DNA of 64,000 nucleotides. It comes from a bacterium (GTDB taxonomy: Bacteria > RUG730). The DNA lies in NCBI GenBank assembly GCA_031551405.1, contig JAVBNQ010000004.1, positions 34,185-98,184 of the forward strand. The letters are read 5' to 3'. Positions 1 through 10,459 of the stretch are shown here, piece by piece. Below the pieces are notes generated by a model, which was given only the letters and a program-made list of their open reading frames with translations, had not been told where the DNA came from and searched no databases. The stretch's first letter is position 1; each line of letters begins with the position of its first letter. A program made the translations under genes and the position numbers.

Positions 1-679
1 CGATCCATAAAACCAACGAGAAAACTATTATTTTTACAATATGATGATTATTGTTTAATACAGAAAAACCGTCCATAACAGAGTTAATAAATTTTGTAAG
101 TTTGCGTAGAATTTTCACTTGATGGAGGCTGTTGATTTTTCGAACTAAAAAACTTTTGTATTTATTGAAGTAGCGAATAAAAGTAAAGCCTAGAATAGCT
201 CCCACTAAACCCAGAGTTGCTAAATGTTTAAAAATTGGAGGAAAATCTATATTTCTTTCTAATAATACTACTACAGAAAGCAAAACAATCAGAGATAAAA
301 CATCAAATGCCCGCTCTATAATCACAGTTCCTAACATATAACTTTGCTTGAGATCATTTTTTTTACCAATCAAGTAGGCTCTCACCAAATCTCCAATTCT
401 CAATGGTAAAATGTTATTAAACATGTTCCCTATTACAAAATATTTAAAAAATTCCGACGTTGTTTTGAAATTTTTTTTTGTGTCCATTGCGATCATATTC
501 CAGCGATATCCTCGTAAATAAAAAGTAAAAACTGAAAAAACAGAAAATGCAATTATCCAAAAATAATTCAAGTTTTTTATGTACATTAAAACTTGAGCAA
601 AATCTATTTTTCGAAATACAAGATATACAAAAAGTGCGCTCATCAAAATTCCGACTATAATATTCAACGCTTTTTTCAT
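1..679 (-). CDS. Flippase-like / UPF0104 family integral membrane protein (LPG-synthase TM-domain-like); C-terminus lies beyond window start
   Basis: Manual translation of minus strand from ATG at 679..677 gives MKKALNIIVGILMSALFVYLVFRKIDFAQVLMYIKNLNYFWII...NILPLRIGDLVRAYLIGKK...; hydrophobic multi-TM profile and the 'LPLRIGD' type motif typical of UPF0104. Open to position 1, so not in ORF track; the 89-aa track ORF 444..713 is the -1 frame of this gene. Confidence 0.5.
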   Translation of the reverse strand, partial: MKKALNIIVGILMSALFVYLVFRKIDFAQVLMYIKNLNYFWIIAFSVFSVFTFYLRGYRWNMIAMDTKKNFKTTSEFFKYFVIGNMFNNILPLRIGDLVRAYLIGKKNDLKQSYMLGTVIIERAFDVLSLIVLLSVVVLLERNIDFPPIFKHLATLGLVGAILGFTFIRYFNKYKSFLVRKINSLHQVKILRKLTKFINSVMDGFSVLNNNHHIVKIIVFSLVLWI

Positions 680-936
680 GACTACCTCTTGATTTATAAG
701 GAAATTTAGTCAAATATCGTACAAATTTGGCAAAATTTTTGCAATTAAATAATTAACTGATAACATTCATCACGCTAATACTCTGGAATTTTAATTTTTT
801 AACTCTAGATAAAAAACAAAATCCATCAACTAAAACACATATCTCAGTATATCAAGCTTTTTAATCTTGTTTTTTACAAATTTTTTGGTATTATTACTGT
901 TTTAAATCTCAAACTATCTTTTAAAGAAGGCAAATT

Positions 937-2436
937 ATGGCTATAGATTGGCGAAAACGATTGGTAGATTTACTGTTAAAAATCGTTCAATATCTAAACA
1001 AAAACACGCAAAAAAAATATAAAATTCGTAAAGAAAACATTTTCACAAAAGATATCCATTTACCAACTTGGGTTGTAGGTATTTTTATTTTTCTAACTTT
1101 AATTCTTATTTTTGTTTACGAATTTGGCTTTTTCCACAAAACTTTTTTTGGAATCTTATTTTTAATTACAATTTTCTCTTTTTTTACGATCTATTTTTTC
1201 AAAAAACACGACAAAGAGCTACTAAATTGTGACGATTCCGTCGTTCTAATCGGACTTATTCTCATCTCGTTTATTTTTATAATTTTGATTTGTCGAAATA
1301 CAGCAAAAATTAATTTTTTAGCGACCCCTTTATCCGCAGCTACAATGCTCTTGAACATGTTTTTAGGGCCACTAGTCGCTTTTACTATTTCATTTTTGCT
1401 AATCCTAACAATGACAATTTTTTATGATTACAATTTTTTAATTTTTATAACAATGCTATTTATGTGCTTAACTGCTCTAATTTGTACAACCAACATAATG
1501 AATCGAAAAAGCATTGCAAAAGCTGGCGTTTACATAGGTTTTGTGAATTTAATCACAGTCATTACCTTGCATTTCTTCTTTATCGTGGAAGCAAACGAAC
1601 TAATTACACTAATCGTCTGGGGCATTGTAAACGGTTTGATGTCTAGCATCATCGTCATAGGTTTATTGCCATACCTAGAAAGTTTTTTCTCAATCACGAC
1701 GAATATCAAATTACTCGAACTAGCAGATTTCATGCAACCAGTTTTCAAAAGAATGCTAGTTGAAGCGCCGGGCACGTATCATCATAGTTTAATCGTTGGA
1801 AATTTAGCAGAATCTGCGGCTCGCGAAATAGGCGCAAATCCTATTTTGGCGAGAGCAGGAGCATATTATCACGATATAGGAAAAATCGAGAAAGCTGATT
1901 ATTTTATCGAAAACAAATCACGATTCGAAATGAATAAACACGACGAACTTTCACCAAACCTAAGTGCGCTAATTATCACGTCGCACATCAAGGACGGCGT
2001 TGCTTTTGCCAAAAAATTGAAACTTCCCAAAAAACTTATTAACATAATTGAGGAACATCACGGCAACAGTATAATTTCATATTTTTACGATAAAGCAAAA
2101 CAAGAATTTGACGAAGAAAACGTAGATCCTGAAAAATACCGCTATCCTTTCCCAAAACCGCGTTCAAAAGAAGCAGCTATAATAATGCTTGCTGACAGCG
2201 TCGAAGCCGCTATGCATTCCACTGACGACTTCTCGCACACGAACATCAAATCTATCGTGAACAAAATAATTAATGCAAAATTTATAGATGAACAACTCGA
2301 CGATGCGGAAATTACTCTCTACGACTTGAATATTATCTCAAAAAGTTTCATAAATACTTTGTCGGGAATTTATCACAATCGAATCAGTTATCCATCACTC
2401 ACGCAAAACAAAGATGAAGATAATATTATTAAATAA
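937..2436 (+). CDS. pgpH: 7TM-HD membrane phosphohydrolase (PgpH/YqfF-like; cyclic-di-AMP phosphodiesterase family)
   Basis: N-terminal multi-TM region, C-terminal HD domain (…GTYHHSLIVGNLAESAA…YYHDIGK…); followed directly by ybeY as in the conserved yqfF-ybeY arrangement. Confidence 0.6.
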   Translation: MAIDWRKRLVDLLLKIVQYLNKNTQKKYKIRKENIFTKDIHLPTWVVGIFIFLTLILIFVYEFGFFHKTFFGILFLITIFSFFTIYFFKKHDKELLNCDDSVVLIGLILISFIFIILICRNTAKINFLATPLSAATMLLNMFLGPLVAFTISFLLILTMTIFYDYNFLIFITMLFMCLTALICTTNIMNRKSIAKAGVYIGFVNLITVITLHFFFIVEANELITLIVWGIVNGLMSSIIVIGLLPYLESFFSITTNIKLLELADFMQPVFKRMLVEAPGTYHHSLIVGNLAESAAREIGANPILARAGAYYHDIGKIEKADYFIENKSRFEMNKHDELSPNLSALIITSHIKDGVAFAKKLKLPKKLINIIEEHHGNSIISYFYDKAKQEFDEENVDPEKYRYPFPKPRSKEAAIIMLADSVEAAMHSTDDFSHTNIKSIVNKIINAKFIDEQLDDAEITLYDLNIISKSFINTLSGIYHNRISYPSLTQNKDEDNIIK

Positions 2437-2869
2437 CCAGCGAAAATATAAAATCGATTCAACCTTTTGCGAAAACGTCATAAAAAAATTCATATCTATA
2501 AACCTGAAAAAATATCAAAATTTCAAAAATTTAGAACTATTCGTATCTTTCGTCTCCACTCAAAAAATTCGAAATCTCAAAAAAAACTTATTTGATCTCG
2601 ATATAATTACCGACGTCATTTCTGTCCCAATCGACGCAGGATCAAAAATTGAGGCAACTATGCCAGGAATTTTTGGGGAAATTTTTATATGTCCCGAGGT
2701 TGCAAGCAGACAAAGCAAACTTTACAATATCTCTTTTAATGAGGAAATAGCTCTCTTAATAATTCATGGAATGCTACATTTGATTGGCTATAAAGATGCT
2801 ACGGACGATGAAATAAAATTAATGCGTAGCCAAGAAAAAAAAATCTTAAACGCAATATACAAAATCTAA
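2414..2869 (+). CDS. ybeY: Endoribonuclease YbeY (rRNA maturation factor)
   Basis: ~150 aa, zinc motif HGMLHLIGYKD (HxxxHxxxxxH-type); overlaps upstream 7TM-HD gene. Confidence 0.8.
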   Translation: MKIILLNNQRKYKIDSTFCENVIKKFISINLKKYQNFKNLELFVSFVSTQKIRNLKKNLFDLDIITDVISVPIDAGSKIEATMPGIFGEIFICPEVASRQSKLYNISFNEEIALLIIHGMLHLIGYKDATDDEIKLMRSQEKKILNAIYKI

Positions 2870-2890
2870 ATCTGACGGGAAAAAAGAGCT

Positions 2891-3370
2891 ATGTATTTTT
2901 TATACATTTTTGTATTCATTTGTCTGATCATTTCATTTATTTTCAGCCGAGAGAACACTAAAAAGTCTTTAAAATTAGCATTTTCAAGATTTTTAGATAT
3001 GTTACCAACTCTTTTACTAACAGTTATATTTGTAACTCTGCTATTTTTTTTCATTCCAGATAGAACGATTCTTGCTCTTTTATCTGGTGAAAACAAACTC
3101 ACCTCCCTTTTTATCGCGTCAGGGCTGGGATCAATAGCCTTAATGCCGGGATTCGTAGCTTTCCCGATGTGCGCAATTCTACTCTCAAAAGGCGTATCGT
3201 ACACAATTTTATCAGCTTTTACTGGAACTTTGATGACTGTCGGAATTTTAACATTCCCGCTCGAAAAGGAATATTTTGGGACAAAAATCACAATATTAAG
3301 GAATCTTCTAAGCTTCATAATTTCTATAATTGTGGCTCTTATTACTGGATTTTTTTACGGCGAATATTAA
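2891..3370 (+). CDS. Small integral membrane protein, putative permease component
   Basis: 159-aa highly hydrophobic ORF, 4-5 predicted TM segments; no specific family recognised. Confidence 0.3.
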   Translation: MYFLYIFVFICLIISFIFSRENTKKSLKLAFSRFLDMLPTLLLTVIFVTLLFFFIPDRTILALLSGENKLTSLFIASGLGSIALMPGFVAFPMCAILLSKGVSYTILSAFTGTLMTVGILTFPLEKEYFGTKITILRNLLSFIISIIVALITGFFYGEY

Positions 3371-3496
3371 CTATTTTAGTGCTACATATAAACCATTTTA
3401 TTTTTATATTTTACGTCTGAATTTTTTAGTGAACGCTTGACTTTCAATTCTCATAAAAGTACAATCAAACATCAAATTTAAACAGGAAAAGTTCAT

Positions 3497-4507
3497 ATGT
3501 TAAACACGTCAGAAATTTTTTTATTTTTATTTTTTGTTATATTGATAATTTTGCTTTTCAGACTCAGAAAAATTTTTTTGAAAAAGCCAATTAAAAAAAA
3601 AGACAAATATTATTTTTTATTCGTTTTACATTTCTCAAAACACTTAGTTTTTTATTTAACGTTATGCTTTCTTTCTATTATAATTCTCGGGCTAAACCTC
3701 CCTCACAAAATACAGGAATTGCTAGAGAAATCCATTTTCATTTTACTTTTGATTTCTCTAATTTTCCCGGTTTTAAAAGCTCTAAATTTTCTGGTAAATG
3801 ATCTTTTGGACAAATTCGATCATGAATTAGCGTCGATGAGTATTTTTAGAAATTTGGTAAAAGTAATTTGCGTCCTTCTTCTAGGGCTCATTGTTTTAAG
3901 CTGCCTCAAAATTTCACTCACACCGATATTAGCGACATTAGGTGTTGGAGGTGTGACTATTGCTTTGGCAGTCAAAGATTCTGTCGCTAATTTTTTCTCC
4001 GGCTTTTATTTGATCACTTACAAGCAACTAAAAATTGACGATTTTATCGAGCTTGATTCCGGAGAGAAAGGCTTCGTAATCGACATAAATGCTCGCAACA
4101 CCGAAATCAAAGCACTCAATGACACTATGATTTTAATTCCAAATTCAAAAATTATTGATTCTAAAATCACTAATTATAATTTACCGACTAAAGAAATGAA
4201 TTTTGTAGTCGAAGTTGGAATTCACTATGATTCTGATCTCAATTTTATTGAAAAAATTGCTCAAGAAATCGCGAAACAAACCCTAAATGAAAGCGAGTTT
4301 GCAGTACAAAATTTTGAGCCAATCATTAGGTTCAATACTTTTGGATCGTCGAATATCAGTATGTCTGTAGTACTCCGAACAACAGAATATGTCGGACACT
4401 TCCTACTTAAACACGCTTTTATAAAAAAACTTCACGATAGGTTTAAGATTGAAAAAATAAAAATCCCATTCCAAATTATCGAAATCAATAATTTCAACCA
4501 AAAATAA
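3497..4507 (+). CDS. Mechanosensitive ion channel, MscS family
   Basis: N-terminal TM helices followed by MscS core-like region (…TLGVGGVTIALAVKDSVANFFSGFYLI…DDFIEL…). Confidence 0.7.
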   Translation: MLNTSEIFLFLFFVILIILLFRLRKIFLKKPIKKKDKYYFLFVLHFSKHLVFYLTLCFLSIIILGLNLPHKIQELLEKSIFILLLISLIFPVLKALNFLVNDLLDKFDHELASMSIFRNLVKVICVLLLGLIVLSCLKISLTPILATLGVGGVTIALAVKDSVANFFSGFYLITYKQLKIDDFIELDSGEKGFVIDINARNTEIKALNDTMILIPNSKIIDSKITNYNLPTKEMNFVVEVGIHYDSDLNFIEKIAQEIAKQTLNESEFAVQNFEPIIRFNTFGSSNISMSVVLRTTEYVGHFLLKHAFIKKLHDRFKIEKIKIPFQIIEINNFNQK

Positions 4508-4521
4508 TTTACGAGGCAAAA

Positions 4522-5112
4522 TTGGATAAAAATTTTTTTGAATACGAATTAATCGCTGACTGGATAAAAGATGGCTCTACGATTTTGGATTTAGGCTGTG
4601 GCGACGGAAAATTGATGCTTTATCTAAAAAACAAAAAAAATACAAAAGCTTATGGAATCGAGATTTCCGACGAATGCATTTATAATTGCGTTGAAAAAGG
4701 ATTGAGCGTTTTTCATAGTGACATCGAGGCCGGCCTCAAGGATTTTCCGAACAAAAGTTTTGATTTTGTAATTTTACACGAGAGCTTGCAGCAAATCCGA
4801 AATTTAAATTACGTTTTGCGAGAGGCGCTCAGAGTTGGGAAAAAAGTAATCGTGAGTTTCCCAAATTTTGCATTTATTGACTCAAGAGTTTCGCTGTTTT
4901 TCAAAGGAAAAGCTCCAGTCACAAAAAAGCTCCCTTACAGATGGGATAACACGCCAAACGTTCATTTTTTCAGCATAAAAGATTTCTCGCATTTCTGCAA
5001 AAACAACAACATCAAAATCCTTAACAAATATTCTCTAAAAAATGAAAATTTAGTGAAATTTTTGCCAAATATTTTTGCTGATAGAGCGATTTTTAAAATC
5101 AAGGAAAAATAG
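4522..5112 (+). CDS. Class I SAM-dependent methyltransferase, MetW-like
   Basis: ILDLGCGDGKL SAM-binding motif; ~196 aa as for MetW; apparent TTG start with GAGG RBS. Confidence 0.5.
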   Translation: MDKNFFEYELIADWIKDGSTILDLGCGDGKLMLYLKNKKNTKAYGIEISDECIYNCVEKGLSVFHSDIEAGLKDFPNKSFDFVILHESLQQIRNLNYVLREALRVGKKVIVSFPNFAFIDSRVSLFFKGKAPVTKKLPYRWDNTPNVHFFSIKDFSHFCKNNNIKILNKYSLKNENLVKFLPNIFADRAIFKIKEK

Positions 5113-6192
5113 ATGAAAACAGAAATCAAAATCGCATTTTTCGATACAAAACCGTATGACAAAGTTTCTTTTGAAAAAACGCTTGCTGAAAAATATTCAA
5201 ATCTAGACAAATACAAATTTAATATTAAATATTTCAATAATAAACTAAACCTTGATACTGTAGATTTAGCAAAAAACTCTTCTGTAATCTGCTGTTTTGT
5301 GAACGATATTTTAGACGAAAAAGTAATCGAAAAATTAAAAAGTTATGATGTGAAATTTATAGCTTTACGTTGTTCGGGATACAACAATGTCGATTTAAAA
5401 AAAGCATTTAAAAATATAAATATTGCGAGAGTTCCGGCCTATTCGCCGCACGCTGTAGCTGAGCACGCTGCCAGTTTGATGATGAGTCTAAACCGAAAGA
5501 TTCACAGGGCTTACTACCGAATTCGCGATGGAAATTTTTCGCTTAACGGGCTATTGGGATTTGATATGCACGGAAAAACGGCTGGCATTATCGGAACTGG
5601 AAAAATAGGAAAATGTTTGATCGAAATTTTGAAAGGTTTTGGAATGAAAATTCTAGCGTTCGACGCGTACCCGGATTACGAATATGCAAAAAAAATTGGT
5701 TTTGATTACGTTTCAATCGAAGAATTATATTCAAACGCAAAAATTATTTCTTTGCATTGTCCTCTCATAAAAGAAACTAAATATCTGATAAATAACGAAA
5801 GTATAAAAAAAATGAAAAACGGCGTAATAATTATTAATACCGGCAGAGGAGAGCTCATCGATACAAAAGCATTAATTGAGGGACTCAAAAATGGAAAAAT
5901 CGCTGCTGCAGGACTCGATGTTTATGAAGAAGAAAGCGATTATTTTTTCGAGGATTATTCGAACAAAATGATCGACGACGATGTCTTGGCAAGGCTTTTG
6001 ACTTTTCCAAATGTTTTGGTCACGTCGCATCAAGCGTTTTTTACGGAAGAAGCGTTACACAATATCGCAGAAACAACTTTTGAAAATATTTTAGACTTTT
6101 TCGATGATAAATATTTAAAAAATGAAATTTGTTACCAATGCGATCAAAAAAGCGGTTTCTGTCTAAAAAAACAAGAAAAAAGATGCTTTTAA
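5113..6192 (+). CDS. ldhA: D-isomer-specific 2-hydroxyacid dehydrogenase (D-lactate dehydrogenase-like) with Cys-rich C-terminal tail
   Basis: Rossmann NAD motif GIIGTGKIGKCL, catalytic-region conservation (…SLHCPL…TGRGELID…), ~330-aa core. Confidence 0.7.
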   Translation: MKTEIKIAFFDTKPYDKVSFEKTLAEKYSNLDKYKFNIKYFNNKLNLDTVDLAKNSSVICCFVNDILDEKVIEKLKSYDVKFIALRCSGYNNVDLKKAFKNINIARVPAYSPHAVAEHAASLMMSLNRKIHRAYYRIRDGNFSLNGLLGFDMHGKTAGIIGTGKIGKCLIEILKGFGMKILAFDAYPDYEYAKKIGFDYVSIEELYSNAKIISLHCPLIKETKYLINNESIKKMKNGVIIINTGRGELIDTKALIEGLKNGKIAAAGLDVYEEESDYFFEDYSNKMIDDDVLARLLTFPNVLVTSHQAFFTEEALHNIAETTFENILDFFDDKYLKNEICYQCDQKSGFCLKKQEKRCF

Positions 6193-6193
6193 A

Positions 6194-7228
6194 ATGAGGG
6201 ACAAAAATTTATTTCCAAACTTAAAATTTTTAGAGTTCGAATATTTTTTATCTAGGATGCAAAAAGCTTTTTTTACAGCGGCAGTAGTTGCTTTTTCTCT
6301 CGGGATTAATTATCATTTTTTTGGTTTATTTTCCGTGGTTTTTTTGGTAAGCGCGAGGAGCATTACTAATCTTAACTTCCAAGGAAACTTTCGAGGACGT
6401 TTGAGCCTAGCTCTCAAAACCCTTGTCATTTTTTCAATATCAGCATTTTTGGGCTCGATGTTCAGGCAAACTAATTTCTTTTTCGACATTTTAATCGTAT
6501 TTTTGCTAGCATTTAATTTTGCATTTTGGCGACAAATTTTCCCTCACAATTGGACAAGCATCATAATTCCTACTGCGATTTTGTTTTTTGTGAATTTTGC
6601 GAGACCTTCCGTCTTACAAACTTTTCTAGGAGCTAGCTTAGGTTTTACTTTCGAATTTTTTTTAGGGCTGACGATTTATTTTAAAAGACGATATCTCTGC
6701 GAAGAGCCAATAAAAATTACTCCGCTGCCACCACCACAAACATCAGACTCGAAATTAATTTTCGGACTCTATAATTTCAATTTTTTGTATTTTATCGAAC
6801 TGGGCTTTTTACTGTCGCTTGGCGTCGCACTAATCAATTTCACGTCGTATCCACATGCTTACTGGATGCCACTGACCTGCGTGATGGTGCTAAAAATCGG
6901 TAAACATGGCACGTTAAAGCGCGTTTCTCAAAGGATTTTAGGGACTCTCATCGCTTGTTTATTCGGAAGTTTGATTTGGTACCTACATTTTAACCTATTT
7001 ATTCTTGACATTATGATTACATCATGTGTTTTTATTTGGCTCGCAGTTCCGCCTGATTTTTACACTACACAAACTGTTTTTACCACTTTATTTTTAATTT
7101 TGCTTATGGGCTCATCTCATAATTTTTCCTTCCCAATTGTAGTTGAGAGAATTGTATTTACACTTCTCGGAGGCTTAGCGACTTTGTTCTCGTCAATATT
7201 TTTTTTAAAAAAAGAACGGCTAGTTTAA
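6194..7228 (+). CDS. FUSC/aromatic-acid-exporter-like integral membrane protein
   Basis: 344-aa polytopic membrane protein with FUSC-like topology; weak family assignment. Confidence 0.35.
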   Translation: MRDKNLFPNLKFLEFEYFLSRMQKAFFTAAVVAFSLGINYHFFGLFSVVFLVSARSITNLNFQGNFRGRLSLALKTLVIFSISAFLGSMFRQTNFFFDILIVFLLAFNFAFWRQIFPHNWTSIIIPTAILFFVNFARPSVLQTFLGASLGFTFEFFLGLTIYFKRRYLCEEPIKITPLPPPQTSDSKLIFGLYNFNFLYFIELGFLLSLGVALINFTSYPHAYWMPLTCVMVLKIGKHGTLKRVSQRILGTLIACLFGSLIWYLHFNLFILDIMITSCVFIWLAVPPDFYTTQTVFTTLFLILLMGSSHNFSFPIVVERIVFTLLGGLATLFSSIFFLKKERLV

Positions 7229-7249
7229 TAAAAAAACTGGAGGCAAAAT

Positions 7250-7906
7250 ATGAAAAAATTTCTGTTAACTTTTTTACTTTTTGGGCTCGGAACTACTCTC
7301 GTATTTTCAAACTCTCAAAGCGAAAAAAATATTTCTACGACGATAAAACTCAACGAACCGGAGTTACAAAAAGGAAAGCCGCTGATGGAAGTATTAAAAA
7401 ACAGGAAATCATCACGCGAATTTTCAAATAAAAAATTAAGCATTCAAGAACTTTCGAATCTTTTATGGGCAGCCGGCGGAATCAATAGAAAAGATTTGGG
7501 CCTCAAAACTGTGCCAAGCTCGAGAAATAAACAAGAAGTCGATATTTATGTAATCCTTGAGTCAGGCGCTTATCTTTACAATGCGAAGGCCAGTGAACTA
7601 ACGCTCATTTCTTCTGGAGATTTCAGGAAAGATGCCGGCGTGCAAGATTTTGTAGCTGAAGCGCCCGTCAATATGATTTACGTTTCTGACTACGATAAAA
7701 TAGGCACTGCTGACGAAAACGAGAAAAACTTAACTGCCGGGATTGACGTCGGACATTCGTCACAAAACGTTTATCTCTACTGTGCTTCAGAAGGACTAAA
7801 CGTGGTAGTCCGAGGATATGTAGATAAAGAAAAATTAACGAAAATTTTAAAATTGAAGCCTAATCAAAAAATAATTGTAGGGCAAACCGTCGGGAAACCA
7901 AAATAA
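7250..7906 (+). CDS. Secreted SagB/ThcOx-type (nitroreductase-fold) dehydrogenase-like protein
   Basis: Signal peptide MKKFLLTFLLFGLGTTLVFS; …LSNLLWAAGGINR… motif typical of nitroreductase-like/SagB family. Confidence 0.45.
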   Translation: MKKFLLTFLLFGLGTTLVFSNSQSEKNISTTIKLNEPELQKGKPLMEVLKNRKSSREFSNKKLSIQELSNLLWAAGGINRKDLGLKTVPSSRNKQEVDIYVILESGAYLYNAKASELTLISSGDFRKDAGVQDFVAEAPVNMIYVSDYDKIGTADENEKNLTAGIDVGHSSQNVYLYCASEGLNVVVRGYVDKEKLTKILKLKPNQKIIVGQTVGKPK

Positions 7907-10455
7907 TGGACCAAAAAAACTTATTCATTCTCGATGGAAATGGCGCCCTGTACCGTTCTTTTTACGCGATTCCAAATTTAAAAAACGCATCAGGTTTTCC
8001 AACTAACGCTATTTTCGGTTTTTTAAAGCTAATTTTCAAGCTCGCAAACGAACATAAAATCGACTATTTTTGTGTATGTTTCGACGCAGCAAGAAAAACT
8101 TTTCGTCAGGATTTATACCCGGACTACAAAGCCCACCGAAAAGAAACTCCAGCGGATTTGGTGCCGCAAATGTCGATTATTTCTGAAATTCTCGACGCCA
8201 TGAAGATAAAATCGTTCAAACTTCAAAATTACGAAGCCGATGACATTATTGCGACGATTGCGAATAAAGCTGAAACGAATCTTTTCATCGTCAGCTCAGA
8301 CAAAGACGTAATCCAACTTATAAATTCTACGACGAAAGTTCTGCCTTTGCCGAAAACAGATGTGATCGACGAAACTTTTGTGCTGAAAAATTACGGATTT
8401 ATGCCTGAAAATATCACGGATTTTTTGGCGATCACAGGCGACAAAAGCGATAATGTCCCCGGAATAAAAGGTATTGGCGATGAAGGCGCGAAGTTTTTGA
8501 TTCAAAAATATGGAAAAATCGAAAAAATTTTGGAAAATTTAGAAACTGTCGAGCCAAAATACAAAAAAAAATTGGCTGAAAACGAAAATATTGAAATTTT
8601 AAAATTAAGTAAAAAACTGGTTGAACTCGATACAAATGTACCGATAGATTTTGATTTGCAAAATTGCGTTTTTGACAAAAAAAATTTTGATAACCCTGAT
8701 TTTTTAAAATTTTTGCGAAATTTTGAGTTCAATTCTCTCGTTAGAGAACTACAGAATTTTTCTAAAAAACTGCAAATCCCTCAAAATAATCATCAAACGA
8801 AAAAAATAGCCGAAATTCTATTCGAAGATTTAACTGAAAATCTTGATGAAGCTTCAAAAAACGAATCTTTTTCAATCACTTTTTCAGAAGACGCTGTTTT
8901 TGTTTTTGACTTAAAAGAGAAAATTTATAAAATTAACACTGAAAATCTGGATTTTGAACTCACAAAACTTAAACCTTTTTTTTCAAACGCTAAAAATTTT
9001 TACACTGACAACTCAAAGTTTTTGTTCAAGTTCTTAAAAAAACTTGGATTAGATTCGAAAAAATTTGAGATTTTCGATGTAGTTTTGGCGGCTTATATTT
9101 TGGATATGTCGTCTCAAAATCTCGAAGCCGTATTGCAAAAATACCTTGGGAAAAATTCGGATAAAATCTCTCACAACGAAAAAGTGCAAAATATTTTTGA
9201 AGTAGCAGAAAAAATAAAAGACGAGCTGAAAAAACAAAATTTAAACGAAATTTACAAAAATATCGAGTTAAAATTTTCAAAAGTTTTGGCTGAAATCGAA
9301 GAAAACGGCATAAAAATCGACCTGGAATATTTACAAAAATTTAGGAACGAAATTACCTCGAACATCAACAAAATCGTGGCAGAAGCGTATAAAATTTCAG
9401 GAGCTATTTTTAATTTAAATTCGCCTAAACAATTGGCCGAAATTTTGTTCGTTAAATTGAATCTCCCAACGAAAAAGAAAAGCAAAACCGGTTTCTCGAC
9501 GTCTGAGGAAGTTTTAACTGAGCTTGTAAAAATCCACGAGCTTCCGAGAATAATTTTAAAGTACCGCGAACTGAACAAAATTTTGACGACTTACATTGAA
9601 CCAATTTTTAGCCTCGTCGGAAAGGATTCCAGATTACGAACACATTTCAACTACACGAATACGAATACCGGTCGACTCTCATCATCTAATCCAAACTTGC
9701 AAAATATCCCGCAAAAAAGCGAAATCAGCTCTGACTTACGAAAAGCTTTTATTGCAAACGATGGAAATTTGCTGGTTTCATTCGATTATTCGCAGATCGA
9801 TCTGGCAGTTCTGGCAGACATGTCCGGCGACGAGATAATGCTTAGAACTTTTCAAAATCACGACGACATCCATAAAATTACTGCAAGCTATATTTTTTCA
9901 AAACCGACCAGCGAAATTACAAAAGATGAGAGAAATGTTGCAAAAAAAATCAATTTTAGCTTGATTTATGGAAAAAGCGCGTTTGGACTCGCAGATGAAC
10001 TTGGCATTTCATTCGAGGAAGCCAAAAATTTTATCGATTTATATTTTCAAAATTACCGTCAAATGAAAACTTTCATCGGCAAAACCATCGAGAATGCTCG
10101 TAAAAATGGCTTTGTTTCAACGATTTTTGGCAGGAAAAGGTTTGTGACTGAACTGCAAAATAAAAACGTTCAAATGCAAAAATTCGGTGAAAGAATCGCA
10201 ATAAATACGCCGATTCAAGGCACTTCGGCTGACATTATAAAAAAAGCGATGACAGATCTCTACGAACATTTTGAAGAAGAAAATAACATAAAAATACTTT
10301 TGCAAATTCACGACGAAATTTTGTTTGAAATCAAAGAATCTTGTCTCGAAGATTATTCGAAAATCATAACGAAAATCATGGAAAATGCCGTTAAACTAAA
10401 AGTTCCTCTGAAAGTAAACATGAAAAAAGGGAAAAATTGGGCGGAATTGGAATAA
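7906..10455 (+). CDS. polA: DNA polymerase I
   Basis: 849 aa; 5'-nuclease N-terminus, Pol A motifs (…RRSAKAINFSLIYG-type 'KKINFSLIYG', …LLQIHDEILFE…). Confidence 0.9.
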   Translation: MDQKNLFILDGNGALYRSFYAIPNLKNASGFPTNAIFGFLKLIFKLANEHKIDYFCVCFDAARKTFRQDLYPDYKAHRKETPADLVPQMSIISEILDAMKIKSFKLQNYEADDIIATIANKAETNLFIVSSDKDVIQLINSTTKVLPLPKTDVIDETFVLKNYGFMPENITDFLAITGDKSDNVPGIKGIGDEGAKFLIQKYGKIEKILENLETVEPKYKKKLAENENIEILKLSKKLVELDTNVPIDFDLQNCVFDKKNFDNPDFLKFLRNFEFNSLVRELQNFSKKLQIPQNNHQTKKIAEILFEDLTENLDEASKNESFSITFSEDAVFVFDLKEKIYKINTENLDFELTKLKPFFSNAKNFYTDNSKFLFKFLKKLGLDSKKFEIFDVVLAAYILDMSSQNLEAVLQKYLGKNSDKISHNEKVQNIFEVAEKIKDELKKQNLNEIYKNIELKFSKVLAEIEENGIKIDLEYLQKFRNEITSNINKIVAEAYKISGAIFNLNSPKQLAEILFVKLNLPTKKKSKTGFSTSEEVLTELVKIHELPRIILKYRELNKILTTYIEPIFSLVGKDSRLRTHFNYTNTNTGRLSSSNPNLQNIPQKSEISSDLRKAFIANDGNLLVSFDYSQIDLAVLADMSGDEIMLRTFQNHDDIHKITASYIFSKPTSEITKDERNVAKKINFSLIYGKSAFGLADELGISFEEAKNFIDLYFQNYRQMKTFIGKTIENARKNGFVSTIFGRKRFVTELQNKNVQMQKFGERIAINTPIQGTSADIIKKAMTDLYEHFEEENNIKILLQIHDEILFEIKESCLEDYSKIITKIMENAVKLKVPLKVNMKKGKNWAELE

Positions 10456-10459
10456 AAAA

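Noticed and set aside
444-713. 89-aa ORF in the track (minus strand)
   Set aside because: It is the -1 frame of the real, longer flippase-like gene (679→1). It starts at a TTG and stops just after the A9 tract. It has no protein-like features of its own.
2866-3318. 150-aa minus-strand ORF overlapping the small membrane-protein gene
   Set aside because: The plus-strand ORF has the coherent TM-helix periodicity. The minus-strand product is a K/R/S-rich antisense translation.
8296-10311. Antisense and alternative-frame ORFs inside polA
   Set aside because: They are embedded in a strong polA reading frame and show no motifs. They are typical shadow ORFs.
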